A stretch of DNA of 62,897 nt, counting the filler, from Octopus bimaculoides (taxonomy: Eukaryota): assembly GCF_001194135.2 (NCBI RefSeq). It is 6 parts of 6 records of this genome, joined end to end, with 100 filler letters (N's around TTAATTAATTAA, not from the genome) between each part and the next. Parts side by side here need not be neighbours in the genome. Positions count along the whole stretch, not along the records: positions 30,602 to 52,496 come from NC_068986.1; 5 more parts are not named here. One strand, given 5' to 3'. Position numbers and translations under genes: made by a program. The number at the start of each line of letters is the position of its first letter. Positions within the stretch are counted from its first letter, which is position 1. Below the pieces are notes generated by a model that saw only the letters and a list, made by a program, of their open reading frames with translations, did no database searches and was not told the DNA's origin. This document shows positions 36,690-49,959 of the stretch, piece by piece.

Positions 36690-39620
36690 AATAATCATAA
36701 TAACAATAATCCTTTCTTTATTGGCCACAAGGGCCGAACACAAAAACATATAAGGAGAAAACAAAACAAGGGACAGGTAGACTTGAAAACAGAAAATATG
36801 TAAACAGTAAAAAACAAAAAAAAAAATAGCAAAACATTAAACAACAAAATTCCTCAATAGCAGGGAGTTCCACCTAGGGCCACGCAGTGCACCTCACACA
36901 GCCTGGTAACCCTGACTGTCAATGGCACGCTACGTAGGTATCCCTCTTCCCTTCAACTGCTCCGGCTTACAGACGAATATTCAGAGTAGGCCCTTCACAC
37001 GAGCAATTTTCGCAACATTCTCCCACCTTTCAACAAAATTACTGGGGGGTGGGGGCAGCACTTACTTCTCTACCATCACTTACCTTTTCAAGTGGAACTT
37101 GAAAAAGTCGATGAGGGCTCGGCTGAAGAGGAAAGTGTCTGTCTACAGTCCTTTCAGCCTCGTCAACCACACTACCGCTTTCGCTATAGCCACCTGACAG
37201 AGGAAAACTGCCTTACCCACTTGGCCAAAAGAAGGTGGCGGGCGATCCTCACAATGGATTCGGCTGATAATCGGATCCGTCCTACACGTGACAAAGCTGT
37301 ACGACAAAGATCCACCGGTCAGTAATGCACGAATACTGGACGAGTGCATGCAGGACGGTTTCATCACCCCGCGCACACCTCGGACAAGTCCGTTTGACAT
37401 CACCTCCGTGTCTGTAGAGCTTGTCTCGAACAGGCAGAGACTCTCGGTAGCACTGCAAGGCCAGGGATTTCTGGAAGTTATACATAGGCCCTGGCCCGAA
37501 AGTCCTCCGGGAAAGACCAGTTAGTTGATCCCTCTTGACGTCTAGAGTTTCCCCGAGTACGTCGCCACTCTTTCCCTCCACTAATCCTGTATAGAACGCC
37601 ATGGTGGAACTTCTACCGACCGTATTGCCCGACTGTCAGAAGGCCGTGAACGCTTGCCGACACTCCAGGTGCCAAGGGCTTTTCCTTAGTTTACGTTAGA
37701 CCCAGAGCTGTAGCTCTACCAATGAGACGAGTTGAGGAAAGCTCAGTTTGGCGAACGGCAACCACGCCTGCTCACCGTTAAGGAAAGGCTGGAGATGTTG
37801 CAGCCTCAGCGCGTGTCTGCGCATCATTATCCACAGCATTGTCAGTCCTTCATTCAGCGGCTTTTGACAGAAGATTGACCGTCTGACGAGCGGAACACGT
37901 CTCTTCCATAGAAAGTGGAAGTGCAAGCGTTCTAACTTATCAGGCACGAAGTGAGGCAAGGGACAACGGTCAGGCGGTAGTAGATGACAGAAGCGATGTA
38001 CGCATTCATCACCTCCGCCCGACCCTTCAGGAACAGCTTCCTCGCTGCCCATTTCTGAGTGAGACTGGTTACTCTCTTCTCATCATCTTCTCCCACCCAG
38101 TTCTTGTCCACCTGGGGTTTGGACCAAACCAGACCCCGAGCAATTTAACGGGTCCTTCTGTTCAGCGTCCTACAGCGCTGTCGGTTGGCTTGGACTTGCC
38201 TCCCCAGGTGCCGAGCTGCTGGCACACCAACTTCTGGTTTGATCTTTGCTCCTGTCACCGCTTTATACTCCCTTTGAGCAGTGCCAGCCACTTCGATTTC
38301 CGAGATGTCTGACACTATTACGGTGACGCCATCCGCGTAAGCCGACACGAACCTTCCGCATCCTAGATTATGCGAGATGCCCTTCGAAACATCCAGCTTC
38401 TGCAGCAATGACTCGAGAGCCAATACATACAAAAGAAACGACAGTGAGTATCATTGACAGCTCGAATGGGCGATGCTAAACAATTCCAATAGGTGGCCAG
38501 TTACTTTGACCACCGAACAGATGTCACTGTACATTGCAGCGATCCAGCCTCTAAAAACGGGAACGAAACCCACTGCCGCAAGAACAGCCTCCAAGTACTG
38601 GTGGTTGACCCTATCAAAAGCTTTTGACTGATCCAAATTGATGAGGGTCCCACCCATGCCAGGTTCCTTACCCACCCTCTCTATGATGTAGCGCGTGAGG
38701 TGGAGGTTGTCATGGATAGTTCCTTCTATCCTAAGTTCCTCTAACGCTATTTCCTAACGAAAGCCTATAGACTCTACTCTAATAACCGTTTTCAGGACTC
38801 TCCACCAGCGGCTGTTCACGATTGCGCCCACTATCTCATTGGACTAACTTGCTAACCCGGTCTCTGAAAGCTTGGCACGCCGGGAAAGATGTGTTCAGCT
38901 TCCAGTATCCGGAGCCATGTCTATGGATCCTATCTATATAAGCTGTACAGATCACAAATTTATGGTCTGTGTAGCCGACGACTTTGAAACATATACTATT
39001 TCTATCTATAAAGCTACAAAATACTCTGTCTAGATCTGGAGGACCCGATGCGGTTCGCCCATGTCCACACTGGCGCATTCAGGAAATCCAGTCGGTACCT
39101 ATCATTCAGCTGGAAACGACTGACTAGGTTTGTGAAGTTTTTACTCTCCCTTCTCTTATCAGCTAGCCCCACCGTATTCAAGCGTGCATCCAAAATAGCA
39201 TTTCAGTCTACCACTAACATTAAAGAGCGTGATGTCCCAAGGAAAGCCACCAAACGTCTGAAGAAATCTGGTTACCCCGCCCCCGTGGAGGCATAATAGC
39301 GACTAGTCTAAAGGCACAACCTTCACTGTTGCTAACGTCCAGGACCGCCAACTTATCTTCCGGGTTCAGAAAGATCGTCCAAACTCCGAGATTCAGGCCT
39401 TTCCTTATCAAGATTGTGCAGCCTTCCTCCCTTAACAGGGAGAGGAAAACCTGTTTTCTCTGCGTAGTAGCCATACTGAAAGAGACAGTTTAGAGAACGC
39501 GTCAAAGAGGGATCACGACAGGTACCTTCATATCTGGGCGCGGGCTGGTTAGTTATTTCAACTACCACCTCAATAGTAAAATCTGGCTGGAGAAGATATG
39601 CCTGTCGCATAGTAGGTTTG
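36690..39620 (-). mobile_element. Degenerate Tx1/L1-clade LINE, most of ORF2 plus 3' tail
   Basis: Endonuclease pieces (AFRLVAI, TDHKFV..GYWKLN), RT (LINLDQSKAFDRVNHQYL, AYADGVTV) and C-terminal zinc finger (LPVRDKL..CPRC..ETVLHAL) in order; many frameshifts. Confidence 0.9.
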
Positions 39621-39974
39621 TAAAATGATGGACGGCTGTAGAGAGAATGCTACGAACGAAGGGAACTGGCTAAGTATGTCCATCCGAGAGAAAAAAAAAA
39701 GGGAAACGTTGGACAACGGCGGTGGGTTAATCACCCCGACAAATTGTAAAAATTTGAAATTTTTAAACTTTTATTATTTCACTCGATTATTAAAATTCAC
39801 TAATTCACTCGATTTCATTACACTGTTTATCATTCGATGTAAAACACTCTGTACACATTTGTCTGTTCTTGTATTGTCCCCTCTATGTTGGTCCCTGTGT
39901 GGCCAATAAAAGAACCAGAGTGTCATATACGTAGGAATTATGGTATAGAGATGTGGAGTGCTTACTGAAGACAC

Positions 39975-41830
39975 ACAGTTGGCGAGTAATAAGAGAACAT
40001 CAGGAACGTTTGATATTATTACAGTTCAGATATAACAGTACAACGAGAAGCCAACGCCATATCAGTGGTAACGTGGATACCTCTCACTGTATAACGGTGT
40101 CGTTGTAACAGTGTCGAAATGGAAGAACTTGTTGCTTCCGTTGTGAAGCAACAACAGTTGCAGCAGCAGTGTTACAACAACAGCAAGAATACCGTGAACA
40201 GCAGCAGCAGCAGCAGCAGCAACAACAACAACAACAACAACATCAGCAGCAACAACAACAACAACAACAACAACAGCAGCAGCAGCAGCAGCAGCAGCTA
40301 AACCAACAGTTGATAGAGTTATTGCTACAGTCCAAAAACGCAGCGGTGTCGCATTCGGCGGATGGAGTAGTCAACTCCGTTGAAGAATTCCTGTATAATC
40401 CCGAAGATGTGATTACATTTTCTTCTTACTATAGAAAGTATGAAGAAATATTTAAAGAGGAGTGCAAAAGCTGGACAAACGAAAAGAAGGTAAGACTTTT
40501 TTTGTTGCTCCGTTAGAGCACGAGAAATATTGTAACTTTATTCTCCCCACCCCCCAAAAAACCGCCAGAAATTTGTTTTGAAGAAGCAATTAAAATATTA
40601 ACTAATATATTCAGCGAAAAGAGCTCGCTATTCAACATATGTTGAGAATGTCTAAATTTAAAAGAAAATGAAAATGATATACTTTGTTACATATGCAAGA
40701 ATTGTAAACAAAGCATGCGAAAAATTCAAGTTAGGAGAATTGTCCCCAGATATGTTTAAATGTTTGATATTTGTCAAAGGACTAACTGCAACTGAGGATG
40801 CAGAAATACGAGCGAGAATATTAACAAAATTGACACAAGACACTGAATTAACCTTGCAAAAAGTGGCAGAAGAATGTCAATGTATAATTAACCTACAGCA
40901 AGATACTGAAAAAAAAAATGAAAATTATAAATGTACAGGCATGTAGACCTAAGAAAAACAAAAATAAAACAAACAAGGCCCAAACCATGTTATGGTTGTG
41001 GCGAGTTGTACTTCAAAAGGGACTGCCCCTTTAAGAATAAAGAATGTTTTACTAGTGGCAAAACGGGCATAAACAGTCACAGTGTTGGGTGAAAAAGTAA
41101 AGGTCGAATGGAAAAAGAAATAAAGTGTTTTCAATGAAAACAGATAGTGAGACAAAAAAAAAAAAAAAAAATCAAAATTTGTATCGGTAATCAACAGGTT
41201 ATGAATACAATATATGGATAAAAAAATATGTCCCCACACACAGAGCCAATCGATTGCAGCGCAGGGGGACTACCTAATTAAATTACGATTTCAAAATAGA
41301 ATTTTTGCCTTCGAAAAAATTGGAACATGCGGACGGGCTGTCGAGATTGATCCCAAAGTATAAGGAACCGCTAGAAGATATGGTAATAGCAGCGGTAAAA
41401 TCAGAAATTGAATTTAAAAATATTCTCTACAATGTAGTGCGAGAACTACCAGTCACATTGGAAGAGATAAAAAGTAAAGCAGAAAATGGAAAGAATAATA
41501 ATGAATGAGACAAATACAAAAAATTAGATCCTGAGCGTAACACAGGTTCGAAATACTATTCAATTTGTGACAATGTGTTGATGTACGCTCAGAGGGTTGT
41601 GATACCTATTGAACTACAAAATAGAATGCTAAAAGAATTTCATGTAGGGCATCCTGGAATTGCAAGGATGAATGCCCTCATGAAGAGTTATATTTACTAG
41701 CCTAGTATGGATAAAGATATCGATAAACTGGTAAAAGCATGCAGGAGATGTACCCTGGCAGCTAAGGCACCTCCAGTAAAAGTTCAACTGTGACCAAAGA
41801 CAGATATACCGTGGTCTAGACTACACAGAT
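39975..41830 (+). mobile_element. Gypsy-type LTR retrotransposon relic with internal deletions
   Basis: PBS-like TGGCGAG at ~39981. Gag (FKCLIFVKGL..AEIRARIL; CYGCG knuckle remnant), RNase H end (ADGLSRL) and integrase H2C2 (HVGHPGIARM..Y*PSMDKDI..C..C); stops and frameshifts. Confidence 0.85.
40148..40298. repeat. (CAG/CAA)n compound microsatellite inside the Gypsy gag 5' region
   Basis: Direct reading. Confidence 0.95.
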
Positions 41831-43650
41831 TTTTGGCCATATTTGTAACATCTCGGCCTTCGTCCCTCCACTATGACCCTTAGGCTGGTGTCTTCCCTGA
41901 TTAGAATTAAATTTGGTATCTCTTCTAAATCTTCAGGGACCACTTGAATCAACATTTCGAGTCGTTGCCCCTGCCAGAGCGAAATTGCCGGCTGAGGAAT
42001 ATACAGAAAATACTAAATGTATACTAATAGACAAGGAAAGATATGCCAAAGTAAGGGAATTGTTCGGGTCAAACATTGACCCGTTAGGAGTGGAGGTAGA
42101 GTATGATGCCCTACCTCCAGTCGTGTACTATGACGATTTGAAACCGTATATGAACACTTTTCTTTATTAACCATGAAAATCAAAAAATAATGTGGACGAT
42201 ACAAGTACAGACAAGGTTGTCGGGGAACAAATGGAACAACAACATAAAGATACATATAATTATAAAATCGATGGTCAATAAGTATAAAATTCGGATGAAA
42301 AACAAAAATGAATGAAAAAATAATTATGAAGTGAGGCACGTGGCCGACCCCACTAAGCACACTCCAACACTGAATCCTTTGGGAGACTTTTTAATTTCTC
42401 GCTCAAACAGGTTCATTTACTCTCAACACTCTTGCTACAGTCATCCATCTTTTTCGAAATATTCTGTGCAACAGGCATCTCCTCTCCATCCTTATTTTCT
42501 TTATCAAAACGTGGAGAAGTGGAGAGAGAGGACACCCTTGACGTACCGATCGCTCAATGCAGAACGGTTCCGAAAAGAAACCGCTCACCCGAGCATTCGA
42601 TTCGATGATGCTATACAACGCGGTGATCCAGCATTTTTTGAATGTCTTTTTTAAGGGTGTATAGACATTCGAGTCAATTCGTATGAATTGAATATGCGAT
42701 GGAAAAGATGGGCTCTCGGGTGCACGGAATGGGGAAGTAGATGGAAAGTTTTGGATGACTTGTGTAAGTTTCACATTTTTTGAGCTAACAAAAGTAATGT
42801 TTTTGCATTGCTGGGAGGGAGGGGCGGCGATTAGAGAATTTGGGGGCTTTGTATTTTTGTAGTGTTATTTGAGGTGGTGGGTATGCTGGGCCAGCGGGAA
42901 TGGGGTGGGGACACTTACTTTTTCTGCTTTTCTTTTTTCGAGTGACGTACTCCACTCCATGTCTTTTTTGAGTGGTGGCTGTGTTTCTGTCTCTTCCACC
43001 GTTCTTTTTGTCGCTTCTTTTAGCGGCTGGTTTTCTTTTGGTGGTTGGCTTTCTTTCTCCTTTTCTCTTTCAACTGATGAATTTTTTGAGGTTGTTGGTT
43101 TATTGGTGGGCTTCGATGGTGGAGGGCATTCCGATCTTATATGACCTTTTTAGCCAAACTTGTAACATCTCGGCATTCGTCCCTCCACCATGACCCCTAG
43201 GCTGGTGTCTTCCACGATTAAAATGGAATCTGGTATCTCTTCTAAATCTGCTCGTGCCGCTTGAATCAACATTTCGACTCGTTGCCTCTGCCAATTTTGC
43301 TGCAAGCATTGTGTGGTCTGGAAGATCGTTATTTTGTCCTCCAAGCTTAGTGTAATAGCTGCCATGAGACAATCAACAACAATCTCCAGGGGAATGTTTC
43401 CTACCTTTACCTTGAAAGTACGTCTCCCAAGGTATGTCGGTAGGAGCACTAATTCAACCGACTTGAGTGGAGTGGTTGAATGCTACCTGGCTAATTCATC
43501 TGATGGAAATCTCACCTCCACAGAGGTGAATTTTTTGCCTCGAGTGATGTATGTAATATGCTTCCAGATGGGATGTAGGCACTTTTCTATATCTTCCTTT
43601 GGTGCAATATCGATTTTCTTGTTCTTTATTACATATGTCTTGAAGAACAT
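41830..43650 (-). mobile_element. Tx1/L1-clade LINE fragments (two ORF1 pieces, RT piece, 3' tail)
   Basis: VEGRxPRCYKxG zinc-knuckle remnant at ~41850 and ~43170; RT RSVRQGCPLSPLLHVL at 42403-42774; tail at ~42157-42220. Confidence 0.82.
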
Positions 43651-44062
43651 GGCCCTCCCATGAGTGGTAAGCGTTACTTCGCTAGGTGGGTTTATTCTAA
43701 TGCCGCACCCATCTATTCGAAGTAGTCCCCTGTATTTGTCAGCATTTCGTTGTCTTTACGTTCTGAGTTCAAATTCCACTGTAGTAGGCTCTGCCTTTCA
43801 TCCTTTTAGGGTCAATAAAATAAGTACCTGTTGAACACTGGGATCGATGTAACCGACCTATCCTCTCCCTTGAACTTGCTGACCTTGTGCCGAAATTTGA
43901 AATCAATACTAATGAAAGATTTTTAAACGGGCATACATACACGTGTGTGTGCGTGTTTTAATAACTTTTGAAACTGTGGACACTACACTAAATCTAGTCT
44001 TCAATACAAGTTCAAATTTCAGTAGAAGTGCTTTATTTTCCAAGATACATAAAATAAACAAC

Positions 44063-44681
44063 GGATCTATTTCAAAACGGGGGCACCAGTTTTCATTTAT
44101 GTTTTATGTAGTGTCTTTGGTACCGAAAGACTTTCAAACTTCGTATACTTATCTATTTTGTGTTATAGAACAGAAAAAAATTTTTGTATTCGAATTTATT
44201 TCATGTAAAAAATTGTCTTATTTCGATAATTTCTACTAATCACTGACGTCTATTCAGTTGAAAACAGTTAGCGCTGTAACGGTGTATATCGTATTAATCC
44301 CCTAATCCTAACCCGACTGTTAACCCTAACCCTAACACTAATCCGAACTCTAAAATTGTTACACACATAGATACGCACAGCGTAATTTATTATATAAACA
44401 ATATATGCGTATAAATTACGATTAAACCAGATGAAATATGTCACAGGGAATAACATTTTTATGACCGCCCAGCAGTAACTCTATTCAGCTGAATAGACGT
44501 CAGTGATTGGTTGAAATTTTAGAAATACGACAACTTTAACATGGAATAACTTGCGATGTACGTTTTTTTTGTTAAGAAGACTAAGAGTAAAAGGTGTTTT
44601 ATATGACACATTCTACCAGTGTCCCAAGTTTCAAAGTGTTTCGTTAAGAAAATACTGGTGCTCCCGTTTTGAAATAGATCC
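44063..44681. mobile_element. Non-autonomous DNA transposon with GGATC.. TIRs and perfect 8-bp TSD TAAACAAC
   Basis: GGATCTATTTCAAAACGGGGGCACCAG ... CTGGTGCTCCCGTTTTGAAATAGATCC; TSD at 44055-44062 and 44682-44689; inner inverted repeat at 44219-44262 / 44484-44526. Confidence 0.88.
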
Positions 44682-45806
44682 TAAACAACAGTTACATACT
44701 GTTGTTATCATAAGATTCCTTGACAAAAGTTAAACCTTTTAGATATTTAAATATCACTGCTCTGATATTTACATGTTCCTCCGCTTTCAATTGAACAAAG
44801 CATACTTCAGAACATTCTCGTACACATGACTGAACATGCACAATGGTAGCAACAAAGCTGATATGCAACTACATGTGTACTTACTGATTTCCACTAAAGA
44901 AAGAAAGATGAAAGGAAGGGCGGACTGAATAAAAAGAAGGAAAGAAACAGAATTGAATGCTGAAGTGTAATATATGTTATATAACTAGAAAACTATTTAG
45001 AGCAATAAATAAATGACGCATTCATAAATAACATTTTTATTTGTTGGTAGTAGAGAAAATAAATGTATCGATAGCTTTTGCACGTCCTTCAAAACTGTTG
45101 CATCTAGAAAAACAGGAATAACAAGTTAAACAAATCGTCGCGGTGCAAGGAGAGACGTAGAACCACCACACAAAAACAAAAACAAAAAGAAAAACAAAGC
45201 AAAAACAATATAAAAACTCTTCATTTAAGGGAGGTTATTTCTATAACATTACCTGATCGAGTTAGTCTAGTAATTAAAAATGGATCTACGTTGTTTTCGA
45301 CGGTGAATTTTCAGGCTGTTTGATCAACTGAACAATTAGGTCATTTAATTAATGTGTGAGTGGCTGAGTGTTCCTCAGATGCGCATAGCCTTAGCAAACT
45401 TATAAGGCAGAAAGAGCGTGACAGAGGAAGTGACAAAACTTATCCTTCGTATTATAAGAACAATCCACCCAGCTGGTTTCCAATCAGTTTCTGTCAACCC
45501 GCAAGGACTCAAGAGCTCATAATAACAAAGTAATCTTTATTTTTTTAACTACTTGGTAACTCATACATTCAGTTAGTTTGGACATTTAACACAGCACATT
45601 TGCAAACTCTAAATACTGGCAGACAGCAAAAAAAGAAATAAGATTTCTTTTTTTTTACTATGACTTGTCTACAGATTTTTGCAACTAGTTAAAAAATACT
45701 AGAGATCTCTAAATATGGTTCAATGAAGTCCAGCAGGAAATTCCTATAAATAAATTATAAAAATGTAACTAAAGCAACTACAAATTGCTATTAATGGGTT
45801 AATTGA

Positions 45807-46840
45807 AGGCGGTGAGCTAGCAGAAACGTTAGCACGCTACGTTCTGAGTTCAAATTCCGCCGAGGTCGACTTAGCCTTTCATCCTTTCGGGGTCGATTAA
45901 ATAAGTACCAGTTACGCACTGGAGTCGATATAATCGACTTAATCCCTTTGTCTGTCCTTGTTTGTCCTCTCTATGTTTAGCCCCTTGTGAGCAATAAAGA
46001 AATAAGAAACGTTAGCACGCTGGGCGAAATGCTTAGCGCTATTTCGTCTGTCTACGTTCTGAGTTCAAATCCCGCCGAGGTCGACTTTGCCTTTCATCCT
46101 TTCGGGGTCGACAAATTAAGAACCAGTTGCGTACTGGGTCGATTTAATCGACTGGCTCTCCTCCCTTCAAATTTCGGGCCTTGTGCCTTGAGTAGAAAAA
46201 ATATTAATTGGTTAATTGTAAAGATAAATTAATGCATTACAATATCGTATTTAGTTAAGTGTTCTGAGTTCAAATTCCGCCGAGGTCGACTTTGCCTTTC
46301 ATCCTTTCGAAGTTGATGAAATAAGTACCAGTTACGCACTGGGATCGATATAATCGACTAGCCCCCTCCGCCAAAATTTCAAGCCTTGTGCTCATAGCAG
46401 AAAGGATTATTATTACTAAGGATTGTTAGTACACCGGGCAAAGTGCTAAGCTGCATTTCTCCTGTCTTTACGTTCTGAATTCAAATTCCGCCGATGTCGA
46501 ATTTGCCTTCATCCTTTCCGGGTCGATAAATTATGTACCAGTGAAACATTGGGGCCGATGTAATCGACTAATCCCCTCTCCTAAAATTTCAGTCTTTCTG
46601 TCTATAGTAGAAAGGATTATTATTATTATTCAAGGCGGCGAACTAGCAGAATCGTTAGCACGCCGGGCGAAATACATAGCGACACTTCTTACGTTCTGAG
46701 TTCAAAATCCGTCGAGGTTGACTTTTCCTTTCATCCTTTCGGAGTCGATAAAATAAGTTCCAATTGTTTACTGAGATCGATATAATCAATTATACCCCTT
46801 CCCAAAATTTCCGGTTTTGTGACTATAGTAGAAAGGATTA
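45807..46840 (+). mobile_element. Tandem cluster of five main-family SINE copies
   Basis: Core ttctgagttcaaattccgccgaggtcgactttgcctttcatcc repeated five times head to tail. Confidence 0.9.
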
Positions 46841-46849
46841 TTATTCAGT

Positions 46850-47400
46850 TGTCTTGTTTTTATCACATGCTTTCACTGCACTTCCGAGCGTAGCTCCGCG
46901 TGCCTCGGGTATGTGTGGTGGTTTGTTTTGGTGCTGTAATTTTCAATTATTGAAAGTTCTTTACGTAGGATGTGTGCATCGTAATGCTATTTTCTATATA
47001 TTATATATATACGTAAGTCCTGGTGTTTTGGTTATGTATTTATGTGTTTTTTAATAATACATAATGCACCTGTTACTATAGGGATTGTTTCTGTTTTAAG
47101 AGTCCACATTCGGGTTATCTGTATTTCCAGATCTTTGTATTTTGAGAGTTTCTCCGTTTCTTTTAGAGACACATTGTCAAATGCTGGGATTGATAGATCG
47201 ATTAGAAAGCATTTTTTCCTTGATGATCTCTGACAGCTATATTCGGCCAGTTAGCCTTGATCTTCCTATCTGTGTGTATTGGCATATCCCAGAGTATGAT
47301 TGTTTTGTTGGTTTTAAGACCTTTTCTGGGATATGTTTATACCATCTTTTTTCTGTAACCATTGACTTAAATAGGACTAGTTGACAGGGAGTTAGTCGTT
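46850..47400 (-). mobile_element. RLE-domain (R4/Dong-like) non-LTR 3' fragment
   Basis: ILWDMPIHTDRKIKANWPNI..CFLIDLSIP..KETEKLSKYKDLEIQITRMW..TIPIVTGAL is a restriction-like endonuclease C-terminus. Confidence 0.85.
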
Positions 47401-48279
47401 GGAGAATAAGCGCATCGTTCCCAATGTTTCAGTTAACATTTCAGTTAAGAGATGGTTGATGGGGACAACAGGTAGTAGGGGATCTCTAAAGTGGGTGGCT
47501 AGAACAGAGACAATAACTTTTAGCAAGGAACAAGCATTGGAATGAATAAGAGGAGATTTAGAAAAGTCAATAAAGAAATGCATCGCATCTAACGTATTAG
47601 CAGCTAGGTAGACCTTTGGTCAATTCTTCAACGCGAAACACGAAAATTGCATTGTCAAAGCTAAGACAAAGCCATTTTATGGGCCCAAATAGCAGAGGTG
47701 CAGCATTTCAAATTCAATATTGATTGGATGAGAGCGTACTACACGATTCCAAGTAGATGTGTACAGCTTTCTTGCGGTACTTTTTTAACTAGGTGGTGAA
47801 CTATAAAAGTTAGAAAAACCTTAGCATCTCTCCTCTCGAAACAATTCGCAGAGTGTTGCGAAAAGCCGATAATAGCAGCTGTCACAGGTGGCAACAAGTG
47901 GTGCATGCGACGCATTTTGCTTATTTGGGATGATTTGCCATATAAGCATTACGCTTAAATGCCAAATTTGTCCGGATATAACTTAGCAGATGTCTACTAC
48001 ATCATGTAACAGCACGGAGTAATCTTTTGAGCCGAGAGTGGAAAGTAACAACGGCTGAGCTGAGAAAGGAGCCGAGCACATATCTGTGTCATTAATTAAT
48101 TTCGGCCCATAACTCTGTCATCTCACTCAGACCACTACTATTTAGAGTAGTTCGGTCAGTCTGTTCTCGCAGGGGGTACCGTGATTCTCGTCACACAAAA
48201 GTGCTGTACTCATAAAGCATCATACAAAGCGGACCGCCCTTCGCCCCTTCCCTAATTAGCTACACTACCGATATATTGC

Positions 48280-48440
48280 ATTGCTTGCTCGTTCCGTCAG
48301 GGGTATCTCTGTCACTTCTACGTACGTGCTGGCTTTTGAGCCACTACTGTGGAAGTTGAGCAAGTTCTTTGGAACAGGGACTCTGGATGACCGTGTCAGT
48401 ATATGCAGACGATGCCACCATATAGCATTACATACAGAAG
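48280..48440 (+). mobile_element. Tx1/L1 RT fragment
   Basis: RSVR..YVLAFEPLLWKL and, in another frame, VSVYADDAT. Confidence 0.7.
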
Positions 48441-49959
48441 TGATTAGGTACTCAATCAGTTGTTATGTATTCCGATAAGATAATGAAGGCTGAGAACTTA
48501 CCTTATAATTTCCGAAGGTGGCGAGATAAACGTTTGTCAACGACTGTTTGGCAGAAAGGAAATAACGTTGGTATGAATAACCAAATATATATACAGGAAG
48601 TTAGCATAGTACGAGACAGGTAACCTCGTTCACTTCCTGTTAACTAGCAAGACAGGTAATCTCGTACTTTCTGTTAAAAAGGGGAATGGGGAAGACAGCG
48701 GGAGCTTGGCGTGAATAGAACCAGAACGAGAGACGGAGCTGCATACGAGTCGGACCGTTCACTACCTACCTTGAAACCATTGAGACTGGACATAATCTTC
48801 ATATATGAACATTTACTTCCCTGTTTGAACACTTTGTTGTTGCGATCAGAAGTTTACCCCTTTTTCTTGCATTATTAATTTGTCTGATCGTAACACAGTT
48901 GCCAGAATTTCCTGGTTGCTGGTGTTCAAACACGCGCTGAGTACCACTAACTGAATGATTCCTAGCCGGTGATCAGGTGTGGTCACCTTCGTGAGGTACA
49001 TCTCATCGCAGCTCGTATCTTTGACAGAGCTGCTACTCTGAGTCAAGCAAAAACTGAAATTGGGCACCTGGAAACCAGAATGTCATAGAACGCTCATTGG
49101 TGCATGCCAAACGAGAGTCGTAAATAGTGAAAGCTCTAGAACTCTAGAGGTGATTAGTGACGGAGAAAAGTAACGTCGTTCTCTAGGAAGCTCCGGACAT
49201 CTATTGAAACGAAATAACTAATCTGTTCTAGAGTACTTTCGAATGGGGTACTACTGTGTATAATATCTAGAAGTCTGTGGAGCTATGTCGAACAACTCCT
49301 GTTGTGAGTGAAAGGGATTCCGTTATCAGCCGAGTACATCGTGATAATTGTTTTGCCGTCCTCCTGTAGTAGGTTAGAGAAGATTGTTTACGTCTGGTGG
49401 TTAGAGCGAAAGCGATGTAGTGAACAAGCCGAAAACAGCGACTGGTTTAGTAAAGTGCCGCATAGGCTAGTAACACCAGCCAATGACTACCCAATAATTT
49501 CGAGTAGAGCATGTTCAAAGTACAGCAAATGACATAATTTTATACTTTTATTTTTGTAGTTTACCTATTTCTTATACTTTTTCCACTGACGTAATTTGAT
49601 CATTGTAAGATATACCTTATTTTTTACCTTCCTCTCTCTGTCAGTTTGTCTTTCACTTGTTATTTACTCTCTGTATCCGTTTCTCTTTGTTTCTGGTAAC
49701 ATATCATCTCACATTGACTAATAGTTTATATAACATGACGAAATTATGTTCTTGATAAAAGTTTCCTCTCCAGTAAAGGCCAAAAGTCAAACTGAACTTC
49801 ATTTGGAAGTGCCTCAGAATAAACTTCTTCATTTTGATCACGCTTAACTTTAAAAAATAAAGTTTATTCAAACTGTACAATGAATGTGTAGACAGTCGAA
49901 AGACTTAAATGTTATTTTCATAACTCCAGTTGTCTAAGAATCAGATATCATCGTTGGAA

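Noticed and set aside
40169-40516. Poly-Q ORF resembling a transcription factor
   Set aside because: It is a microsatellite within decayed Gypsy gag, followed by stops and frameshifts.
48600-49530. CpG-containing segment that may be an LTR or other element
   Set aside because: No terminal repeats or protein motifs that I could identify with confidence.
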